64,000 nt of DNA, from positions 64,356,001 through 64,420,000 of the forward strand of contig NC_043000.1 in assembly GCF_006345805.1 (NCBI RefSeq), read 5' to 3'. The position numbers were made by a program, and so were the translations under genes. How positions within the stretch are numbered: the stretch's first letter is position 1; each line of letters starts with the position of its first letter. The stretch comes from Octopus sinensis. Its lineage: Eukaryota. Of the stretch, positions 49,950 through 63,660 are shown piece after piece. The notes beneath the pieces are model-generated. The model searched no databases. It was not told the origin of the DNA and saw nothing but the letters and a program-made list of their open reading frames with translations.

Positions 49950-52765
49950 GGGTGATTTTATGTGCCACCGACACAGGTGCCAGACGAGGCTGGCAAACGG
50001 CCATGCTCGGATGGTGTTTTTTATGTGCCACCGACACAGGTGCCAGACGAGGCTGGCAGACGGCCACGCTCGGATGGTGTTTTTATGTGCCACCGACACA
50101 GGTGCCAGATGAGGCTGGCAAAACGGCCACGATCGGATGGTGCTTGTTACGTGCCCACAGCACGGAGGCCAGTCGATGCGGTACTGGCTACGGCCACGTT
50201 CGGATGGTTTTCTTGTGTGCCACGTGCCATCGGCACTGGTACCACAAGGATACAAATTCCATTGATGTTCATCTATTTTGATTTGTTTTGATTTGATTTT
50301 CACTTGCCTCAACAGGTCTTCACAAGTGTCACAAGAAGGAAGGTATGCACAGGTGGACTGACTACGTCCCAGGTAGGGGCCATGGGTTATGGCCTGACTA
50401 GTCTTGCCGGGTCTTCGGATGGTGTTTTTATGTGCCACCGACACAGGTGCTAGATGAGGCTGGCGAACGGCCACGATCGGATGGGGTTTGTCATGTGCCC
50501 ACCGCACTGATGGATTTCTTGTGTGCCACAGGCACTGGTACCACAAGATACAAATTCCATTGATGTTCATCTATTTGTCTATTTTGATTTTGATTTGATT
50601 TGATTTGATTTTCACTTGCCTCAACCGGTCTTCACAGGTGTCACAAGAGGAAGGTATGCACAGGTGGACTGACTAGTCTTGCCGGGTCTTCGGAAGGTGT
50701 TTTTATGTGCCACCGACACAGGTACCAGATGAGGCTGGCGAACGGCCATGATCGGATGGTGTTTGTTACGTGCCCACAGCACGGAGGCCGGTCGATGCGG
50801 AACTGGCTACGGCCACGTTCGGATGGTTCTCTTGTGTGCCACCGGCACTGGTACCACAAAGTGTGTGCCACCGCACTGGTACCACAAAGATACAGATTCC
50901 ATTGATGTTCATCTATTTTGATTTGTTTTGATTTGATTTTGATTTTGATTTTCACTTGCCTCAACAGGTCTTCACAAGTGTCACAAGAAGGAAGGTATGC
51001 ACAGGTGGACTGACTACGTCCCAGGTAGGGGCCATGGGTTATGGCCTGACTAGTCTTGCCGGGTCTTCGGATGGTGTTTTTATGTGCCACCGACACAGGT
51101 GCTAGATGAGGCTGGCGAACGGCCACGATCGGATGGTGTTTGTCATGTGCCACAGCACGGAGGCCAGTCGATGCGGTACTGGCTACGGCCACTTTCGGAT
51201 GGTTTTCTCTTGTGTGCCATCGGCACTGGTACCACAAAGATACAAATTCCATTGATGTTCATCTATTTTGATTTGTTTTGATTTTCACTTGCCTCAACAG
51301 GTCTTCACAAGTGTCGCAAGAAGGAAGGTATGTACAGGTGGACTGACTACGTCCCAGGTAGGGCCCACGGGTTATGACCTGACTAGTCTTGCCGGGTCTT
51401 CGGATGGTGTTTTTATGTGCCACCATGTTCCCACATCACGGAGGCGAGTCGATGCGGTACTGGCTACGGCCACGTTCGGATGGTTTTCTTGTGTGCCACA
51501 GGCACTGGTACCACAAAGATACAAATTCCATTGATGTTCATCTATTTTGATTGATTTTCACTTGCCTCAGCAGGTCTTCACAAGTGTCACAAGAAGGAAG
51601 GTATGCACAGGTGGATCGACTACGTCCCAGGTAGGGGCCACGGGATATGGCCTGACTAGTCCTGCCGGGTCCTCTCATGCACAGCACACTTCCATAGGAC
51701 TCGGTCTTCAGTCATTTCCTTGGTGAGACCTAAAGTTCGAAGGTCGTGCTTCACCACCTCGTCCCAGGTTTTCCTGGGTCTACCTCTTCCACAGGTTCCC
51801 TCAACTGCTAGGGTGTAGCACTTTTGCACACAACTATCTTCAGCCATTCTCGTCACATGACATACCAGCGCAGCCGTCTCTCTTGCACACCACAACTGAC
51901 ACTTCTTAGGTTCAACTTTTCTCTCAAAGTACTTACACTCTGACGATTATGAACACTGACATTACACATCCATCGGAGCATACTGGCTTCATTTCTTGCA
52001 AGCTTACGCATATCCTCAGCTGTCACGGCCCATGTTTCACTACCATGTAGCATGGCTGTACGTACACACGCATCATATAGTCTGCCTTTTACTCTTAGCG
52101 AGAGGCCTTTTGTCACCAGCAGGGGTAAGAGCTCTCTAAACTTTGCCCAGGCTATTCTTACTCTAGCAGTTACACTTTCAGCACACCCACCCCCGCTACT
52201 GACTTGGTCTCCTAGGTAGCGGAAGCTATCAACTACTTCTAGTTTGTCTCCCTGGAACGTGGTAGAAGTTGGTCTCTGCCCATTTCCAGTGTTTATTTCT
52301 CTTGAGCATCTGCCACAGACAAAAACTATTTTCTTAGTTAGCCTTCCTTTGACATTGCTGCACCTCTTATGTGTCCATAGCTTACACTTGGTGCTTACGT
52401 GCCCACAGCACGGAGGCCGGTCGATGCGGAACTGGCTACGGCCACGTTCGGATGGTTCTCTTGTGTGCCACCGGCACTGGTACCACAAAGTGTGTGCCAT
52501 CGCACTGGTACCACAAAGATACAGATTCCATTGATGTTCATCTATTTTGATTTGTTTTGATTTTGATTTGATTTGATTTTCACTTGCCTCAACAGGTCTT
52601 CACAAGTGTCACAAGAAGGAAGGTATGCACAGGTGGACTGACTACGTCCCAGGTAGGGGCCATGGGTTATGGCCTGACTAGTCTTGCCGGGTCTTTGGAT
52701 GGTGTTTTTATGTGCCACCGACACAGGTGCTAGATAAGGCTGGCGAACGGCCACGATCGGATGGT
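49950..52765. repeat. Mosaic tandem amplification of RTE 3'-UTR modules
   Basis: Module ggcactggtaccacaaagatacaaattccattgatgttcatc at ~50232, 50531, 50873, 51222, 51501 and 52502; three ~62-bp units at 49957-50140. Confidence 0.8.
51660..52390 (-). mobile_element. RTE LINE fragment, same family as 1418-2433
   Basis: LEVVDSFRYLGDQVSSGGG...YDACVRTAMLHGSETW...RRLRWY. Confidence 0.88.
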
Positions 52766-54069
52766 ATATATATATATATATATATATACTCATGTGCATG
52801 CACACACACACACACACACAAACGCACGTATGTGCATATGTGTATGTATTTATTGTTTTTAATTCGTTTTGATTATTCATTGGCTTTCATTCCAGCCAGG
52901 TTTTCCTGTTTTTTCCCTTCTTTTTTCACATATATTTATCATTCACATTTGAGTTCTTGTTACAGACTGTCTCATGTCTCTTAAATTTGAACTCTCTTTT
53001 CACAATACTCTAAGAATCTTTGTTTTGAACTTTATTGTAACAAATACCAACTCTAAGTTGGCAATTGTTCATATGAAATATCATTGTGTTAAACTGCTTT
53101 CTCCACATACTAAATGATATTTGTGTTATATTTTTATAACTGATAATCAAAATATGCACAAGATGCCAGTCTGTTCCACCATTTCATTGCTGCTTCTTTA
53201 AATGCTGCTTAATAACGTTTGCATGTAACATTTTTTCTTTTTTCTTTGTCATCACTCACATCTTGGGAAAACAGGAGAGAATAACAGAGCTGTTTCTTTT
53301 TCTTTTTTAATAATTAAGTTAAAGAAGACGTTTCAGAGCCATTTCTTGTGTTCCTATACTTGATGGGATCAATTCTGATTATATCATTAGCTCTAATTTG
53401 AATATGTATCTGTTGAGAAAATGTGGTATTTGTTTGTAGAAGCCATGTTAGATGTACTGAGTCAGTCGAGTTTTTAATTTGCTAAACAGGAATTCAGCTT
53501 ACACGGGAGAAAGCTGTTCAATGGAAGAAGTTGTGTGTGTGTGCTTGTGCATGTGTGTGTGCATGCATGTGTATGTGTGCATGCATGTGTATGTGTGTAT
53601 GCATATATACATGTATGCATGCATCTGTGTGTGTATATGCATGCATTCGTGTGTATGTATGCATTTTATCTAATTAAAGTGTATAAGAAAGCTGGTTGGG
53701 ACAATACTTTGGGGAGTGAGAATAGAAAGACATTGCCTAGCTTTCTGGTAATGTATCTGCACTTCATTACATTTGATTATCAATCTGTAGAAACACTTAT
53801 CGATTTGAGGTATTGCAAATACAAGAAATAATCCTAATCCAATGCCAGTAGAGACCAAAGTGTTGCTTTTGCTCAAGCTTAGTAGCACTGACTGTTGCAT
53901 CATGTAAATGTATTGTCAGAAATTATATTTTTTCTTAGTTCTTTACCAGAAGGTTTGAAATAAAAGGTACATGTATAAAAATGTTGTTCATATTAAAATA
54001 GGAATTTATGACTAAATTTGATCATTTTTATGTCTCCTTTTTCAGGAATAGCTTGACGTATTGGTGAAC

Positions 54070-54600
54070 GGTCAATGGTCTTGGAGAGAATAAAGGTTAA
54101 AACTGTAGTTAAGAAAAAGTTAGCCGATATGAAGAACTGGAAGCCATCTCAACATTGGAGAACGTTACCCGTACCATAATGATTTTTGCCACATATCAAA
54201 ATGCTGACACGACTGCTGATCAATGCTCTATGAACACTGTAAAGGCTGTAAAATGCGACATGGACAGCTGCAATAGAGACTATAAAGCTGTGACCAGCAG
54301 GAAGGGACACAGCAGGCATTCTAACTGTATCCACTGGCTGGAATTTATCCACACATTGAAGAGTTCCTTAAGCTCAATTCAGACTGCTCTACTGCAGACT
54401 GTGGTCAAACCCTGGCTGGAGAGGGTGGTTGTTGGAAGGTCAAATGTGTGGCAGTGTGATTCAGCTCCTTACCATATCTCAAGAAAGAATCAAAAGTGGT
54501 CGTAGGGGAATGTCTCTGACTTCACCAGCCCCAATTTCTGGTCTCCCAATTCCCCTAATTGTAATCCCATGGATTACTGTGTGGGGGATGCAGTTATACA
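54070..54600 (+). mobile_element. Tc1/mariner (maT/DD37D-like) transposase remnant
   Basis: TVVKPWLERV...VWQCDSAPYH...FWSPNSPNCNPMDYCVWG. Confidence 0.75.
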
Positions 54601-55790
54601 TATCACATGACCATACCAGTGCAGTCTTTTCTCTTGCATACCACATCTGATGCCTTTTATACTCACCATGTGAGTATAAACCACAATACACCTAAGCTAT
54701 CAGGCAGCTTTTAAGCTAGTATATATATATATATCAGTGTAGAGTACGATTGGTTTCTTTCAGTTCCTGTCTACCATATCCATTTGGTTAGCCTGAGGCT
54801 ATAATAAAGTACGCTTTCCCAAAGTGCCACATACTGGGAATGAGACTTGAACCTCGAATCATTCGGTTGGAAAGCGAGCTTCTTACCACACAGCCATGCC
54901 TATGCCTATCCACACAGCCACACCTGTAAGCATTATAATATCATTCTGCTTGTCATGGCGTGGGTTCAAGTGATAAGTGCCAGTATGGTTGTATGGTAAG
55001 AAGTTTGCTTCCCATCTGCATGGTTCTGGGTTTAGTTCCACTGTGCCATCTTGGACAAATGTCTTCTTCTATATAGCCCTAGGCTGACCTTGTGAGTGAA
55101 TTTGGTTGATGGAAACTAAAAGAAACCCACCCACCCACCCACCCATCCATCCATCCATCCATCCATCTTTCTATCTATCTATTTAATTATCTTTCTCGAC
55201 CTATCTATCTATCTATCTATCAACTTCTTCAAGTACCACTTGAAAAGGAAAGTGAGAGTAGAGAGGCAAGTTTTGTCTAGTGAATGTTTTAAAAAAAGAT
55301 GGGTGAATGTAGCAAGGATGGCACGTATGAATGACGAAGCCACCTTGAGCATAATCCTATGAACCCAGAAATTGAAAACAGAGGGTTACCCACTTGCAAA
55401 CAAATGTGGTAACATATAACAATATTGACCAAGGTTACCGTGGTCTTTTTTGTAGGCTTTTCTTCCCACGGATAAACCTTACTTGCTTTCCCCTTTACAC
55501 CATATATCATAACACTGTGATACACGATCCCTATTGATCGTTCTTTTTTCCCCCTTTTTTCTTCTTTTTTCATTTCTCTTTTCTTTTGTTCCTTTTCCTT
55601 TTCTTTTTTTTTCTCTTTTTATTCTTTTTATTTTTTATTCTATTTATTTATTTTTTTTTCCCTCCCTTTTACGATCCCTCTTGATCGAAAACCTACGCCA
55701 CCCCCCTTTTTTTTTCATCCCCCAAAAGAAAAGCTCTACCTTGTAACTTGTCCCATCTGTGTGCAGCCCTGTGTGGCCAATAAAGAAACG

Positions 55791-55821
<31 letters not shown>

Positions 55822-57329
55822 ATGTGTGTGTGTGTCTGTATGTCTGTCGGTCTGTCTATGAATAAATGTATGTGCGTGTCTCCTTGTCTTTAGTGTTACT
55901 GTCATATAAGCAGTGTCATTCATTTCCAATATTCTGCAAGCAAAAGTACATGTCTGGCCATGGAGAAACATTAACTTCCTTGAAAACAGGTGAAAGTTTG
56001 CAACAGGAAAGGCATTTCGCTTTAGAAAATCTGTCTCAATAAACTCTAACCACTTCTTGCAAGCATGGAAAAGTGGATGTTATAATGATGATGATGATGA
56101 TAATGATGATGATAATGATGAGGATGATGACAACGATGATGACGACATTGTTGTTGTTGTACTTTATGTAATCTTAACTTTGATCCAAACAGCAAACGCT
56201 TACCATACCGAAACAATGTTATGAAGTATCAAAACAGAAAGAAGAAATTTTATAAAATGTGAACTTGCCAGTATAAATGTATATTATTCACTCCTCACCC
56301 TGTTTTTTCTCATAGATTCTTTAATATATAAGAACTTTTACTTGGATGTGAGGTGTTTTTGATGTAAATAATTTAGCTCTGAGATAAGAATAGAATTTCA
56401 CAATTTCATATCAAAATAAAGATTTCTTGTCTGATGAACAACTTGAATTAATCCAGATGTCAACTCGTTTTATAATGACAACCATTAACAGTTCATAAAT
56501 TATGAACTGACTAAGAATGATAATGTGAGTCATAACTGGCAGAATCAATAGGATGTTGTTGCTTAGCTCCAGGTCAGCCCTGGTCAAAGTTATTCTAGTT
56601 ATGATCAACTAGTCTTTTTATACCACTATGACTACATTGCCCATTGTATCTTTCCTTTTTAAAGATTGTATTGTGGGATTTGGCTGCTATTTCTAGCAGA
56701 TCCAGTAGCTTAGAAGAAGCCTTCTTTTAAGATATTTTGCTTTCAACAACATATTCTAATATAACTTTATCTTTTATCTTTCATCTTTTACTTGTTTCAG
56801 TCATAAGACTATGCCATGCTGGGGCATTACCTTGAATAATTTTAGCTGAACGAATCAACTCCAGTAGTTGTTATTATTTTTTAAGCCTGGTACTTATTCT
56901 ATTGGTTACTTTTGGCAAACTGCTAAGTTATGGAATGTAAAAGGGAACATTAAATGATGATGAAGATTGAGTAATGCCAGCTAATGAAACACTATAAAAA
57001 AAAGGCCCCACTATACTCTTGGAGTGGTTGGTATTAGGAAGGGCATCCAGCTGTAGAAACTCTGCCATTTCAAATTGGGGTCTGGTGCAGCCATCTGGTT
57101 CGCCAGACCTCAGTCAAATCGTTCAACCCTTGCTAGCATGGAAAGCGGACATTAAACGATGATGATGATGATGTATATGTATATATATGCGTTTTTTTTC
57201 TTTTACTTGTTTGAGTCATGTAACTGTGGCCACGATGTAGCACTACTTTGAAGAGTTTTAGTCGAACAAATTGAGCCCAGGATTTATTTCTTAAGCCTAG
57301 TACTTATTCTTTTGGTCTCTATTGATGAA

Positions 57330-58842
57330 TCACCAAGTTATATATCTCGGTTTTTAAAAGTTGCCAGATCTTTTGTCTACAAGGTAAGTAAGGAGCTAGA
57401 GACTGAAGATGGAAATGTATCACCAATATCAAAGCATAAAAAGCATTCTAAATGCTCTGAAATCTTCAGAACACCTGAATTTATACAACAGCTTCAACAG
57501 ACCATTGATTACAGTCCCAGAAAGTCCATGAGGTCAATTGAAAAAGATCGCCATGTGTCAAAAGGAACAGTCAGAAATGTCCATGAAAATGTCAGATATA
57601 AGTCTTATATGATGAGGAAAGGTCAATTTGTCAGAAAAAGCAAAAGAAAATCACTACATCAGATCTAAAAGGCTCTTAAACTGAAAAATCCAGAAGAAGA
57701 TTTGATTTTGTTTTTCTCAAACGAGAAAAACTTGACCAAGATCAAAAAGTTTACAGAAGAAATAACAGATTGTTATGTGCAGGCCCTTCTGAAGTTCCAA
57801 GTGTTATGCATACAAAATTTCCTGCAACTGTCTTGGTTTTAGGGGTTGTCAGCAATGAAAGACATGTGATGCCTTGTTACTGCTTTCCACAAGGCCTTAG
57901 AGTTAACTCTGCTGCCCACATTGAGGTCCTGAAAATAATTGTTACGCCTTAGATAGACAGTGTATGCAATGGAAGGCCATATGTGTTTCAGTAAGACTAT
58001 GCACATGGCTCTAGCAACAGAGGAATGGATAGGTGAAAATTTTCATGATCACATTACTTCTAACATTTGGCCTCCTAATTCCTCAGATCTCAATCCATTC
58101 AGCTATTAGTGTTGTTGAGAGAGAGGTCAATGAATATGCCCATAACACCAAAGATTCTTTGAAAGCTGCTGTAGTGATGCTGCTGTGTAAGGTTCAGCGC
58201 GCATGTGCAGAATGGGACTACTTCCGGGTGGCCACCGGAAGTCTTCCCCATGCGCATGTGCGGGAAACTGACCCCTAAAACACGGTCCACTCATTCAGCC
58301 TCTCTGGCCCTAGCAGCCCTCATGAACAGACATGTATTGGCAATCTCTGAGGACTACGCACTGACTTAGCAGTGGACCACATCGAATCACTTTGACCAAC
58401 CAACAAGAAGCAGTACAACAGATTCGGCTGTCGGCCCCCCTCAGAAATACGTACACCAGATCTACATCATCACGAGTAATAAACAACATTTGCTGTCTTT
58501 CCCAGATAACCTGACTTCGTCTGTTATATTTAACTAAAATTGAATGTGACGGGATCGGATCGGACACCCCTCCAGTGATATCGATTTCAGATCCTGTTAC
58601 ACTGCCATAGTCAGAGTAATGTCAAAATTGAACCAGGACCACTTGATTCAAGCATGTAAATGATTTAGATCTCATATAGAAGCAGTTGTTGAAGCTGAAG
58701 GTGATTTTATTGAATAACATTATAGAAGAGAAGGTTTATTTTTATCCTCATAGCATTTTTTGATAAATAAAGTTATTATCTGTTATTATATATCTGTTTT
58801 TTTATGAACATAAATCTGTCCTCAAATATCTTACACACCCTA
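57330..58842 (+). mobile_element. Tc1/mariner (maT/DD37D-like) remnant interrupted by a probable solo LTR
   Basis: RTPEFIQQLQ...SPRKSMRS; HTKFPATVLVLGVVSNE; WPPNSSDLNP; right end acaccc-ta. Confidence 0.8.
58184..58601. mobile_element. Probable solo LTR
   Basis: TG(TG)TAA...TTACA ends; CTGC on both sides if the start is 58184; GC-richer than flanks; internal AATAAA; splits the transposase sequence. Confidence 0.6.
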
Positions 58843-58897
58843 TAAATCGGTAGCCACTACACACATTCTTTTTCTCTCCTTGTTTTTTTCTGTGTCC

Positions 58898-58933
58898 CTT
58901 TCTGTAGAAGAGTGTAGGCTCGAAACGTAAGAG
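58898..58933 (+). ncRNA. Degenerate minimal hammerhead
   Basis: CUUU-CUGUAGA-A-GAGU-guag-GCUC-GAAA-CG-UA-AGAG; A6 replaced by U, so probably inactive. Confidence 0.35.
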
Positions 58934-59070
58934 ACTTTTTCAATTCCTGAGTGTTATACTAACATCTGTTTGTTTCTACACCACCTGTCTTTGTCTTTTG
59001 TTTTTTTCATGAACTCTCCCTACATATATATATATATATATATAAATACTTATACATATATATATATATA

Positions 59071-59876
59071 CTCTCCTTTACTCTTTTACTTGTTTCAGTC
59101 ATTTGACTGCGGCCATGCTGGAGCACCGCCTTTAGTCGAGCAAATCGATCCCGGGACTTATTCTTTGTAAGCCCAGTACTTATTCTATTGGTCTCTTTTG
59201 CCGAACCGCTAAGTGACGGGGACGTAAACACACCAGCATCAGTTGTCAAGCGATGCTAGGAGGACAAACACAGACACACAAACATACATATATACGACAG
59301 GCTTCTTTCAGTTTCTGTCTACCAAATCCACTCACAAGGCATTGGTCGGCCCGGGGCTATAGCAGAAGACACTTGCCCAAGATGCTATGCAGTGGGACTG
59401 AACCCGGAACCATGTGGTTGGTAAGCAAGCTACTTACCTCACAGCCACTCCTGTGCCTATATATATATTTATACATATACTCTCTTTTACTTGTTTCAGT
59501 CATTTGACTGTGGCCATGCTGGAGCACCACCTTTAGTGGAGCAAATTGACCACAGGACTTATTCTTTGTAAGCCTAGTACTTATTCTATCGGTCTCTTTT
59601 GCGGAACTGCTAAGTTACGGGGACATAAACATACTAGCATCGGTTGTCAAGTGATGTTAGGGGACATATACAGACATACAAACACACATAGATATATATA
59701 CATATACATATATACAACAGGCTTCTTTCAGTTTCCGTCTACCAAATCCACTCACAAAGCTTTGGTCGGCCCAAGGCTATAGTTGAAGACACTTGCCCAA
59801 GGTGCCACACAATGGGACTGATCCCGGAACCATGTGGTTGGTAAGCAAGCTACTTACCACACAGTCACTCCTGCAC
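59071..59876 (-). mobile_element. Two tandem SINE copies (59071-59456, 59480-59876)
   Basis: Each is the reverse complement of the 7121-7518 family. Confidence 0.82.
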
Positions 59877-60206
59877 CTATATACATATATTTATATATAT
59901 ATTTATACATACATACTCATATATATATATATATATATTTATACATATATACATATATTTATATACATGTAAATATATATATATATATACATTTATATAC
60001 ATAAAGAAGTGCTGATCTTTAACTGTGGAGGGAACCTGTGATAGAGGTAGACCCAGGAAGACATGGGATGAGGTGGTGAAGCATGAACTTCGAATCTTGA
60101 ACCTCACAGAGGCAATGACTAGTGACCGAGACCCTTGGTGATGTGCTCTGCTTAAGAGGACTCATTGAGCCAAGTGCACCTGGTGGTACATAAGAAAATA
60201 AACCTT

Positions 60207-60445
60207 GAACATTGGGCCTCAAGGAGGCAAAATGCCCGAGTTCCTTTTGAGCATTGGGCCTCATGCTGGCATAGTAGCTGAGTTCCTTTTGAGCATTAGG
60301 CCTCATGGAGGCAAGTGGCTGAGTTCCTTTCGAGCATTGGGCTTCATGGAGCCAAGTGGCTGAGTTCTTTTCGAGCACTAGGCCCCATGGAGGCAAAATA
60401 GCCGAGTTCCTTTCTAGTGTTGGGCCTTATGGAGGCAATGATCAA
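60207..60445. repeat. ~41-bp minisatellite (5-6 diverged units) in an RTE 3' region
   Basis: Unit gagcattgggcctcatggaggcaa..g.c.gagttcctttt. Confidence 0.8.
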
Positions 60446-61034
60446 GACCTTTGGCATTATGTTGTACTTGAGCAGAAGACCCATCAAGCTGAGCAAAATA
60501 GTAGTCATGGCAGATACAGGTGTCATGCAAAAGCATCCATTGCACTCTTGGAGTGGTTGGCATTAGGAAGGGCATCAAGCAGTAGAAAACCATGCCAAAT
60601 CAGACTGGAGCCTTCCAGCGTGCTGGTCCAGTCAAACCATCCAACTCATGCCAACACTCAATAGACGAAAATGCCATTAGGTATTTGTTTGTTTTTAATA
60701 GAGAAAGCAATACATATCGTTTTGTTATAACAAAATTTTCAATGTGGTTGTCACATGTTTGTTATAGCTGCTATATAACTGTGAAGATTCTATTTATATC
60801 TTATCTTACTAATGTAATTGCTTCATCTGCTAGAAACTGCAGCCAAAAATTTCCTTCAAATCTTTCATACCCTGCCATCTGAAATAAAACTGGTGTCATT
60901 GAATAATGTGATTTTGGATTTTCCACAAGACAAGTTGGTGATGAGTAGAATGTCTTTGGTCATAAGTTGACTTGATCATAGATGAGTTGGACCTAAACAA
61001 CTTAGAGTAACAACTATTTTCAATTGCTATAATA

Positions 61035-61300
61035 CATGTGTGCGTGTGTATATATATATATACATATATAGTGATATATACATATACATATATATATACA
61101 CACACATATATATATATATATATACATACATACATATATATACACATATAAATATATATACATACACATGTATATATACGCATATATATATACATATACA
61201 CATATTGATATATATATACATATATATAAGCCCATGTATGTCTATATATATGGATATACATACATATACATATATATATATATATATATACATACATATA
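61035..61300. repeat. (TA)/(CA) microsatellite
   Basis: Direct reading. Confidence 0.95.
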
Positions 61301-62170
61301 TAGTGTGCAATGGGTAAGTTGTCAACATTTCATAATTTTAATTTCGCTCATGTGCACTGTTTGTTTTTGATTTTGTTGACTACACAGTATAGTAGAGTCA
61401 GTTGGGTATTGCCTGTAAGAAAAACAGCACCATGACACAATTCACTCTGCAAAGAAATTTGGAAACAACATGCTGTACTGCTTGACATTCATGCCGGAAG
61501 CTCCAATATGAACAGATGGTGAACACACAGAACAACCGTCGGTTTGCTGTGTCTCCAAGACATGTACTGAGAGTGATAAATATCAAGCATCCAGTTGACA
61601 TCATAGTGTTCGGAGTGATGGTGACGTTATGCCTACATTTATCTTCCAATATGGCCTCAGACTCAACATGAACGTCTACATCAAGTGCATGCTGCCCTGG
61701 GTCAAAAGGTTGGCTGCTGGAAGACCCTATGTCTGGCAACATGTCTCTGCACCATGCCATGCAAGCAGGAGAACCCAATCATAGCTGTCAGACAAATTTA
61801 TGCAACCACATCACCTCTAACATCTGGTAATCTTAACTCCCTAGACTGCAGCCTCCTTGATTATTATGTGTGGGACACAGTTGAGCAAGGGACCAACAAA
61901 ACTCCTAGTAACACCAAAGATGAACTGAAGGCAAGGATTATGGCAGCATTCACCAACTTAAACAAAGAGACCATCCAGAAGAGTTGCAGGAGATTCCCAT
62001 GTCATCTGGAGGCCATGGTCAAAGCCAATCGTGATTTTATTGAATAAATTTACTCTTTAGTATTTAGAGATCTTTTTATGTAATTTTGGTAAATATATCT
62101 GTTAAAATGAGATGTCAGTGTTATTTTCATTTTTGCGTAATGTAGATGACAATATATTCACTGTACCCTA
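61301..62170 (+). mobile_element. Tc1/mariner remnant
   Basis: NSLDCSLLDYYVWDTVEQ...TKDELKARI...HLEAMVKANRDFIE*; imperfect inverted ends with TA flanks. Confidence 0.78.
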
Positions 62171-62383
62171 TATATATAGCTTTTACTTCTTTAGTCATTG
62201 GACTGTGGCCATACCTGGGTACTTTCTTGAAGGGTTTAGTTGACTGAATTGACCCTAGTCTTGTATATTTTTAAAGCCTGGTGTTTATTCTCTTTACATC
62301 TCTTAGGGATGTAAATAAATCAATACTGATTGTCAAACAGGGGTGAGGGACAAAACCCAAAAGCACACTCACACACATATATA

Positions 62384-63660
62384 CAGGGTGTTTGGGCTAA
62401 ATTTGACAGTTTGAATAGAAATAAAAAATAAACCATATTTCAATCAAAAATAAAAGTATTTTAATAAAATCAAAATATATCAATAGATTATGGCTGGGAA
62501 ACAACAGTTAATTCCAAGTAGCAGCCCTCAGTTTTCACCACAGCCTCAAGACGGCTCCAGAACCTGTTGTATATATTCCTCACTGTAATCCCAAGATTTT
62601 TTAATACCTCCTCGATATTGCAGGTAGAGTGGCTGATGTTTTTTTCAACTGTGCCTCACACATGGTAATCCATGGGATTACAATTAGGGGAATTAGGAGG
62701 CCAAAATTGGGGCTTGTGAACTAGAAATTTCTCAACAGCTTCAGACTCTTTCCAGAGGTATGGTAAGGAGCCGAACCCTATTTTCATACACATATGGCCT
62801 TCCATCAGCAACCATCTCCAATTAGGATTTGATCAGTTTCCAGCAGTGTCACATAGCTAACTAAATTGAGCCTAAGGCCTTGTTCAAAGATGTGGGCAGT
62901 ATGACATCACCTTCCCTGGAGACACACCCAAAGACCATCAGTTTGGGGGAACTTGCTTTCTATATGTGGGACATCACATGGATTGCAGACAAGACACCAG
63001 TTATTTTGAGTGCTGTGCAACAGGTCCTGGCAGAAGTTTTTCCATCTGAGAAGAATCAGATCTTCCCTGACTCAACAAGATGCCTTAGCTTGTTCAGGAG
63101 CTTCTTTGCCTTTGTTAAGCAGTTCTCTTTTGCCGTCAGAATTTGTTCTTGTACAAGTGGTAGTGTGGAGGTGCAATGGCCCAGTGGTTAGGGTAGTGGA
63201 CTCGCGGTTTCGATTTCTATACCGGGCATTGTGTGTGTTTATTGAGCGAAAACACCTAAAGCCCCACGAGGCTCCGGTGGCAACCCCTGTTGTACTCTTT
63301 CGCCCCAACTTTCTCTCACTCATTCTTGAGTAATGCTGCAATGGACTGGCATCCTGTCCAGCTGGGGGGAACACATACGCCACAGAAACTGGGCCCATGA
63401 GCCTGAAAAGTTGTGCATAAATATATAACAAGTGGTAGTGAAGTTTCATGGTAGCCACACCAATCCCCATCTCTCACCAAAGCCTGGATTTCCTTGCTTG
63501 GATCTTCCATTACTTTGTCCTGCAGTTGTTGGATAAATTCTGGCATGTGGCACAGTCAGAACACCTGCTGGCCATGGCTACATAATCTCCATTGCAGCAG
63601 TTCATATCATGTCTTACAGCCTTTAAAGTGTTCCCAGAGCACTGAGCAGCAGTCATGACA
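62384..63660 (-). mobile_element. Tc1/mariner remnant interrupted by a SINE
   Basis: ta-CAGGGTG terminus; - strand MVFGCVSREGDVILPHIFEQGL and PEFIQQLQDKVMEDPSK. Confidence 0.7.
63168..63400 (+). mobile_element. tRNA-derived SINE inside the mariner remnant
   Basis: Homologous to 20690-20958. Confidence 0.75.

Noticed and set aside
60207-60445. CRISPR-like array
   Set aside because: Contiguous diverged units with no unique spacers, in a eukaryotic LINE context; it is a minisatellite.
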